NCBI GenBank assembly: GCA_964016885.1
Contig: OZ024742.1
Span: 42,718,001 to 42,782,000 of the forward strand
Origin: Eledone cirrhosa
Lineage: Eukaryota
Direction of reading: 5' to 3'
DNA length: 64,000 nt
Shown here: piece by piece, positions 55,831 through 64,000 of the stretch
Layout: the number at the start of each line of letters is the position of its first letter
Numbering within the stretch: position 1 is the stretch's first letter
Translations under genes and position numbers: made by a program
The notes under the pieces: generated by a model
The model's database searches: none
Told to the model about the DNA's origin: nothing
Seen by the model: only the letters and a program-made list of their open reading frames with translations

Positions 55831-57894
55831 CATACACATTTTGTAGATGTGTATATTTTAAATGTATATCTTGTGAATACTCTGTTGAGGTGAATGATCT
55901 AAACAATATACATTTTAAAAGGTCTGTGTCAAACCTGACATTCAAATTGGTTGTCTTGGTTGTTTGTGTGTGTGAATATATGTGTAACCTGTAGTGAGGT
56001 ATGTTATTTAAAATCTGTCTGGTGTTTGTATTTCTATAACTGAACACTGCTGTTGTTTATAATTTTACTACTATAGTCTAAAGAACTGGGTGACATTGAT
56101 TGGTGAAGGTTAGGTCATTTGCTGTGGTTGTATAAAACTGTTTTGTGACATGTAATGAAGATTAGGTACACACACATGATTGCCCAATATTGTATACCCT
56201 GTGCAGACTTAGAGAAGCTGCAGTAAACCTATTTGGTCACCCTAAACGCAAAGACATTTAAAAACATAAAAATATGCTAATCTAAAACCCCATGGTGGGA
56301 TACTAAAGTTAAATTTGAACTAAATATCTTTTACAAGAGTGGGTAAAGTGTGTGTTTGTTTGAGAGTAACCATGCCATTGTGAGGGTTGTCATACCATCG
56401 TGGGAGTGGCTGTATTGTGAGCTGATGTTTGAGTGTTGGAGTGAAGATAGGATCTTCTATAAAACTCCACTCACATACCTGGGTGTCTGTATTCAGCACA
56501 TTGTCTAATATGTCCTTAAGTTAAAGTGTGTCTACAATGTATCACTATATAAAACTCAATGGGTGTGATGGTCATGGTTGGACTATCTTTGATGAAAAGT
56601 CTGCTCAATTGGAACTGAACTGTGACTAAACAGCAACATAAACTTGTCATCATTTAACTTTAATATTTTCTGCCATCATAGACGAAATCACTATTTAATC
56701 AGGCTCTTTTCAGGCGAGTGGGGCAAAATCTTGTTTAGACTACAGAATATACTGAATGTATTTTACCTTAACACCAACACTAAAGTTGTCATGACTTTGA
56801 CAGCTGATGTTGATGATATATAATATATTTCGTTTCTGAATTTGTTTAGCAAGATTCTTTATCTGAAAATGTGTGTTGAAACCGATATTGTTATGCTTTG
56901 GGAGGGTCATGTTGCCAACATGACCCTCCCAAAGCATAACAAATAGACCCCACAACTTACAGTGGATACCTGTGTGTGTGTGTATATATATATATCTATA
57001 AAATAATGTATATAAAAATAAATAAAACAAAGTGTTGTAGTTTGCTTGAAGTATTGCTGAATAAGAAATACAAATTTAGATAAGTTTAAATATTTGGAAG
57101 CTCGACAATGCGTGCGAGATTAAAAGTGCCAAGTTAATAGGAGTTATAGAGAATAAAAGGACTGAGAAAAGAGTGAGAACGGTAGAATTTTACCATAGTA
57201 ATTTTATTGATCTGAAATATTTTCGGATTTACCATCCATTATCAAGAGAATCCGTGAGCAGTAATTATATCACTAACTTCCTTGCTCCCTGTTGTGGGTG
57301 TCTGTATACATCTATCTGTTGTGTGTATAAACACAGAGATCCTTAAACAATTGGCACTTGGCTCCCAGGGAAGGAATCCAAACTGAGGAAGAATAACATA
57401 CATTGTGTATATCAAATGAAATATCAATATACACAACTAGAAGTATACACAATCACAAATATAATCACAAATTTATAGTTCACTAAAACTTTGCTAGGAC
57501 TATAAGATTAATGAAGTTTTGTAAAGCTTGCACATGTTAATATGGTGCTTGGATGAAACATTACTAAATGACAGTTCCAAATGGGAGGAATGGAAGAGAC
57601 CTGAGATTGCAAAGGGAGGAATGAGAACCTTTGGTCTAAAAAACAGGTAAGTAAAAGAATGCAGTGAAAATCAAGCTTGGTCTCAAATTTCAGATGAAAA
57701 CGACAGTCATCAGATTGAGCTCTTCACACAGAGAAGACCAAAACAAGAAAAAAAGAAAAAAATATTTTTAATACCTTTTTTTTTTAAATTAAAGATAATT
57801 GAAACTATTAATTTGTTTGGTATTTTTTGTTTTGTTTTTACCTTTATTTATTTATGTGTGTGTGTGTGTTGTTAGTGTGTATGAATAATGTAGC

Positions 57895-58180
57895 ATGGAT
57901 GAGCTGAGAGAATACCTGACCATAAAAGGCATTAGATGTAATGTGCAAGAGAGAGGATATTGCCAGTATGGACATGTGATGATGATCATTGGTGAAGAAA
58001 TGTCTGGAGCTCCCAATCAAAGGAAGTTGCAAAATTGGAAGACCTTAGCAAAGGTGATGAGAACTGATCTCAACATGCCAAACCTCACAAAGGAGATGGT
58101 GAAGGAACGAGTGAAATGAAGTTGTTCTTGATAAGACATGTCCCAACACATCAAGCATGAAAAAACATGTAAAATGATGG
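57895..58180 (+). mobile_element. RTE LINE 3' end remnant with tail
   Basis: IRCNVQERG..YGHVM...KTLAKVMRTDLNMPNLTKEMVKER followed by CAAGCATGAAAAAACATGTAAAATGATG. Confidence 0.65.
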
Positions 58181-58187
58181 TTGTATA

Positions 58188-59384
58188 TACTCAGAGGTGC
58201 TGAAAAGTTCCTGGCTTTGGGTGAAAGAAAATACAGGAGGATCAGTTAATTATGATTTTATTCAACATACTCCCCCTCTCAGATTCACACACTTATTGCA
58301 GCAGTCCTTCAGTTTTTCTAAGCCCTGTAGAAAGAACTGAGAAGTTTGGACCTCCATCCAGGTCTCTGTAGCAGCGATCACTTCCGAATCAGTGTGAAAT
58401 TTTCTTTGCTTGAGATGTTTCTTCAGTTGTGGAAAGAGGTGGGTGGTCTTGCAATTTGAAGCCAAAGTTACGTATTTTCTGTAGAGTTTCATGTGCTGGT
58501 GCATTATGTCAAAAAAAAAAAAAAAAGAAAAGACACTACAGCTCAGCTTTCCATGGCATTTCTGCTTCAAAGCTTCATGCAGTTTGTCCAACAGAGACAT
58601 GTAGTATTCTGCATTGATGGTGCGATCCTTTGGCAGGTATTTTGAGGAGTAGTCCATCTTTATCCCAGAATCTTTCCAGCTGACTCTTGGGTCTGAAACT
58701 ACTTGGGATATGGTGAATCACTGTGGTGCCACTCTATTGAGTGCTGCTTGGTGTGGGGATCATAATGATGAAGCCACCTTTCATCCATGATGACTAAATA
58801 CGCCATAAAATAAGCCTCTCCCACTGCAAACCAGTGAAAAATCACCTTCAATGTTATCACTGATGCACTTTTGATCTGTGTTCAGGCATTTTGGTACTCA
58901 TTTTGCAAAAAGCTTTCCCATGTCCAGAATGTTGTAGCCAACTTTTTTGCAAGAAACCCTCCAGTCTCATCTATGACTTGAGCTGAAACCCGGTGGTCCT
59001 CGAGAATCATGATGTGCACAGCGTTGGCTGTCCTGACCATGGTTCATCTGAAACCTTGAAATGACTAGTCCGAAACCTTGACACTCAGATTTTCAGTGTG
59101 GAGTAAGATGGGTAGCCATCTTTCATCTCACCATGGGTTTCTGCCACTCCTTTGCCTTGCAAGAAGAGGAACTTTATGACCGCCCATGCTTCAATTTTAC
59201 CAAAATACACTAGGAGCTGCCATCATGCATTAAAGCTGCAAAAAAAGAAACTGATATATTGTATACCATCATGATTTTTTGCAGATCTTCTTCTAAATAG
59301 TTGTCCTACTTCTCCTGTAAAGGTAACAACTCTATCTTTTTGTGATACCCCTAAAGCCAAGCACTTTTCAGTCCCCCCCCCTTT
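58188..59384 (-). mobile_element. Mariner element, ~1.2 kb, with decayed transposase
   Basis: TIRs GGTGCTGAAAAGTTCCTGGCTTTGGG / CCCTAAAGCCAAGCACTTTTCAGTCCC; translation YLPKDRTINAEYYMSLLDKL...LFPQLKKHLKQRKFHTDSEVIAATETW...FFLQGLEKL...KCVNLRG. Confidence 0.9.
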
Positions 59385-59699
59385 ATTGTTTAAGAGTTGA
59401 CTAGATGGAATAAATAGTTAAGGAATTACTATTAAGGTGGTAAGTTCAATCCTCACTTGAAGCAATGAGCTGGTCTCTTGAAGTGAATGATATTTTTGTA
59501 GTAAAATTTTACCATTGTGCTTAGATGCTAGCCTGTTTCACATGTTACTGGAATCTTTCGTGGGATATACTTTAATTGCTTAAGGAAGGACTCATTGGAA
59601 TAATGTCCTAAATGCACTGTCTGAAAATAAGATGTGTTGGTTATAGCTGAAATATTTTCCATGTTTAGGTCTATCTGCATGGTCATGGCTATACAGTAG

Positions 59700-59862
59700 G
59701 ATAGATATGTCTGATCACAGCTAAACATTATTATGGATATGTCTGGTCAAGGCTAAACAATAACATAATTGTTTGGTCAGAGCTAGACTTTTATGGTAGA
59801 TCTGTGTCTGGGTAGAGCTAAACAATTTGTGATAGGTCAGTCTGTCTGGTTACAGCTAAACA
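59700..59862. repeat. Degenerate ~30-bp tandem repeat (TGTCTGGTCACAGCTAAACA-like, ~5 copies)
   Basis: Seen directly. Confidence 0.7.
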
Positions 59863-59994
59863 ATAGCAGCAGCTATAATACTAACTACAACAGTGGTAGC
59901 AGTAGCAATAATAGCTGTAGCAACAACTTTGGTGTATTATTTATATACAATAGAAGGCAAAAATCATGTAGATGATGTCAGAGTAGAGATACTA

Positions 59995-60008
59995 GTTACT
60001 ATGGTAAC
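59995..60008. promoter_or_regulatory. RFX X-box-like motif
   Basis: GTTACTATGGTAAC. Confidence 0.4.
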
Positions 60009-60808
60009 TGGATTACATCATCACTGCATCTGTTTGCAGTGAAATGCACAAAAACAGACAATAGCTTGCACCAAAGAAGCTTTTTGTTTTGTCCTAGTTC
60101 AACCCTGACCTTTGATCATAGCTATTCAAGCTATAGTTAAAGAGTTCATGTTGTAAGCACATGGTTTCAGGTTCAATCCCACTGACATCAGGCATGTGTT
60201 TTCTACCATAGTATAAAGATTGTCAAACCCTTTGAGTGAAATTTGGTAGATGGAAACTGCAGACGTTTGTCATGTATGTGTGTATTATAAATTATATATA
60301 TTTGTCTATGTTCCATAACCTAACAGCTTACCAAAAAGAGATTGATGAAATAAGTATTTGGGTTGATATGATCAACTTCAAGGCAATCCTCCAGCATTGC
60401 CAGTCTGGTGACTAAAACTGGATAAAGAATAAAAATCAATATTCTCTGTAACACCATTTACCAGAGTTAATACCCCATAATTTAGTATTGGTGAGTGAAC
60501 AGTAGTGAAAATGCAGGCTTAGTAATTTTCCTTGTGGTCAGGGCAAGAAGCGTCAAAATCAGATTGCCAAACTAAATTGAAATTATTTTATTTGGAAAAT
60601 AGCATATATTGACTTTCAACATCAATAACTCCATTGTGAAGTAACTGTGTTAACCACATAAACATCATTAGGAAGCCAGGCAATATAGCTGAAGGGTTAA
60701 CCACTACATAATATCTTGGGTTATTTTAATCCTTGTGGAAAATGTCAGGAAAGCTTATATCTATAATCCAAATGTCCAAACTAATCACATGCTGTTGATG
60801 CAGCTTAA

Positions 60809-60953
60809 CCCTTTAGTATTTAAACTGGCCAGAATTTTATCACCTGTCTGTTCAAACCGGTCGCTCATGCTGATAAGGTATTGTTTTCAATATTAAAAAG
60901 CTTTTACCATGAAAATATAATAGTAAATATAGAGTAATGTAAATGCTAAAGGG
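60809..60953. mobile_element. piggyBac-type MITE (short form of 8433-8719)
   Basis: TTAA|CCCTTTAGTATTTA ... TAAATGCTAAAGGG|TTAA. Confidence 0.85.
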
Positions 60954-61140
60954 TTAAAACATGTCTGTTGAATGCACATCACCATTACTAAAGAGTCACC
61001 CTGCTTGCTAAAAATAGCAGCCAAATCCCCCCCCCCCCTCATCACAACCCGTCTTTAAAAAAAAAAATCAGTCATATTATATAATGTAGTTCAATATGAG
61101 ATAGTTATAGTTGGAATACCTTTGATTATACGTTAGTTAA

Positions 61141-61280
61141 CCCTTTACCATTCAAACCAGCCACACATACTGGTATTAACATATTGTTCTCAAAATAAAT
61201 CCCATTGATTCAATATGTAAGATAAAGCCATTACTTTGAAAATACAATAGTACATATAGAATAATGTAAATGCTAAAGGG
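61141..61280. mobile_element. piggyBac-type MITE (short form)
   Basis: TTAA|CCCTTTACCATTCA ... TAAATGCTAAAGGG|TTAA; a partial copy lies at 62638-62800. Confidence 0.8.
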
Positions 61281-64000
61281 TTAACCTGGGACCTAACAGC
61301 AAGACATGTGCATGTGGCTCTCTGGTTATTAAGTCAATAGCCTGTCCTTTGTCATTCTTTTTAAGTCCAATTTTCTATGCTAGTATACCTTGGCCAAGAC
61401 TGATCACTTCAACAATCTATGTAGATCTGTAACTGACAGGTAACCATGGTTTTTTTTATTTTGGCATAATCAGTGTGACTGTGATAAGGTTGGTACAATC
61501 TGACTAGCTTCTATACAGTTTTCATCTATCCTATTTCACTGGTAAGTTTGGGCTCCCCCAGCCATTCTTCTGTCTACATTTAAACATTGATTGAATAGAC
61601 CTTAAAATCTCCCTCAAAATATTCTATTTAACCCATTTGATAATAAATGGCCATCTAAAACAGGTCCTGGTTCTCTATTAGAAAACTTTGTTTTAAAGTG
61701 TTTATATTTATCTAAAAACCTTCCATCATTAATATAAGAATCTTTGTTAAGTTCAAAACAGCAACTTTATCAAGTTATTTTACCAAATTCTGGTTTACTT
61801 TAAAAAAAAATTATAGTCAGTGTCTTTCATTAAAAATAATTTACCAAATGTGTTAATTATATATTCCTAATTCCTCAAACTTCTTATTTTGAAAACGATT
61901 AGAAAATCATTGGCCGTCTTTCATTTATTCTCAAATGTTTTCCATTTATCAAGAGTTCTTTGGTTTAATATAGTAACTGATGAATTATGAGTCTTTGTTG
62001 AGGAAAGTTTTAACATGTAAGTAGCTTAGTCAGATGAATGGCTTAATAAACACAGATCTGAGCAAGAGATAACTGTAACCCCCAAATTGCCAGCCTGACA
62101 AAAAAACCCAACAAACAAGTTCAACATTAAATCAAGGCTTCTCGAGCTTTCCTTTCACATCATATACATATTTCTGTGCTGTAAAGATGGTACTAATACT
62201 GTTTAAAATGTTCCTAGGTAGTAGCTTGGCAGGAAGTAAACCAATCAAGTAAATATTAAAAACAATAATTCAATGAGATGGGTGATTGCTTATATTTTAC
62301 AATAACTCAAACCATAGCTCTATATTTGGAGGCATATCAGGTTAGCTGGTCATCAACACCAAAAGGAAATGTGCATAATTACCAAATTTTTTAATATCAT
62401 GGGTGGTCACACTTTGAGATGCCGTTCTAGATGACAAAATAATTGCTCCAACAAATTTCATTTATGCAAATATTTGAAAAACAACTAATTGACAATTTAT
62501 TATGAAATGAAATAAAAAGCAAACTATTTAAGGCCATTTTTCCTGTTAAAATAGGTATTAGCTATGTAGGCCCCATGATACACATCCATTTAATGCTATC
62601 TTCTCTGGCTTTCATTTTCCTTTACTTCCTTCCTTAACCCATTAGCATTTAAACCGGCTGTATCCGGCCCGAATTCTCTCACCTGTTCAAACTGGCCATT
62701 CATATTGATGTTAAGGAATGGTTCTCAAAATAAATGAAAATCTCATAAGATTTGATGTGAGATAAAGCTTTACAATAGTAAATATAGAATAATGTAAATC
62801 ACTAGCTTGGTTCTTATCGCTCATCCTTTCTCAACATGACTAAAGCAGCCTTCACATCTCTGCATTTATATACATGTTTTGCTTCCATAAATTATGGCAC
62901 ATCTCTCACATGTAGCATATACCTTCATGTTCGGTTTCAACAATACACCTTTCTTCATTAGCTGTAAACCAAAATTAGAAATCACAGGTATGGCTGTGTA
63001 GTCAAGGAGTTCAGTTTCAGTCCCGCTGCCTAGCACCTAGGGCAAGTATCTTTCCTATAGACTGATGACCAATTCCCATGAGTGAAATTTGTAGATGCAA
63101 ACAAGAAGCGTTTATATACATACTGTTGTAGGGAAAAAACCCTAAACATCTCCGCATAACTAAAAGTGGACTAGGCGAACTGTCAGGAGACTGTGTACAC
63201 GGAGTCTCGTAGGGATCTCATTGGTAATTCGAAATTACACCTGGTGAATACTTTGGTTTTACTTTCGTCCGTACAGATATACCAACATGTGTAACACCCC
63301 ATTATAACACATATATATATGTCTATTAATGTCCTATAACTTGGTGGTTTGACAAAAAATATGAATAATATAAAGTACTGTACTTGAAAAAAGAAGTACT
63401 TTAAGGTGGTCCCTAGCATGGCCTCAGTCCAATGAAAGATCAATAATAAAATAAAAAAAAAACAAAAAAAAAAAAACTGCATATATATGGTCATGAAGAT
63501 TGCTAGGAACAAAATCAATTTAAATGAGATGCAGTTAGGCTTTATGCCCTCTTTCTGGTAAGACAACTGCAGTACTTAGCTATAAGTAAGCCACTATACC
63601 TGGCATTTGTAGAACTTTGACATGGTCTCCCGCCATGTAGTATGTTGAGTTAGGTGCAAACAAATGGTTTGTGAGGGCTGTGCAAACCATGTATAAAAGT
63701 GTAATGAGTAAGGGCTCAGTACTCAGTTCATTTGTTTAATCATTGGCCTTTAAGCCATCACTGAGAAGTTTAAATGTGGCACTCCAAGCATTGCAGAACC
63801 TAGAGTTGAAAAGCCTACAAATAAACTTAGCAACTATAAAAATAGGACAACAAAGACCTGCAATGCTACATAGCAGTAAAAAGAACTTGACATAAGAGGG
63901 ATGTTGTGTGCAAGTGAGAAGAGTACATTGATATGGGTACATAAAGAAATCCCAGTGGCTGGAAGCTGTGGAAGAGACAGACCAACCTTAAGACATGACA

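Overview
Eukaryotic, very AT-rich and repeat-dominated animal DNA. The SINE repertoire and (TA)n/(ATG)n microsatellite load suggest an octopus or other coleoid cephalopod; this is inference and was not confirmed by any search. Only one intact protein-coding gene is clear: a single-exon SRSF3/SRSF7-family SR splicing factor at 25974-26711 (+), with RRM, Gly linker, CCHC zinc knuckle and RS tail, inside a CpG-rich island. A possible terminal coding exon of an unknown gene lies at ~10538-10824. The rest is decayed mobile DNA: Penelope GIY-YIG, RTE, CRE-like, Helitron and mariner remnants, hAT/piggyBac/Tc1-type MITEs, several tRNA-derived SINE families, and an ~8.8 kb (TA)n array whose strand polarity flips twice. 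The most notable unannotated signal is a set of type I hammerhead ribozyme folds (7386-7474 -, 13001-13048 -, 14434-14493 -, 43966-44060 +, plus relics). They sit in Penelope-like, often head-to-head, modules. Two copies share an unusually long stem II and show compensatory base changes. Also notable are tandem RFX X-boxes and a large, apparently non-coding, CAUC/CAAC-rich exon-like block downstream of the SR gene.
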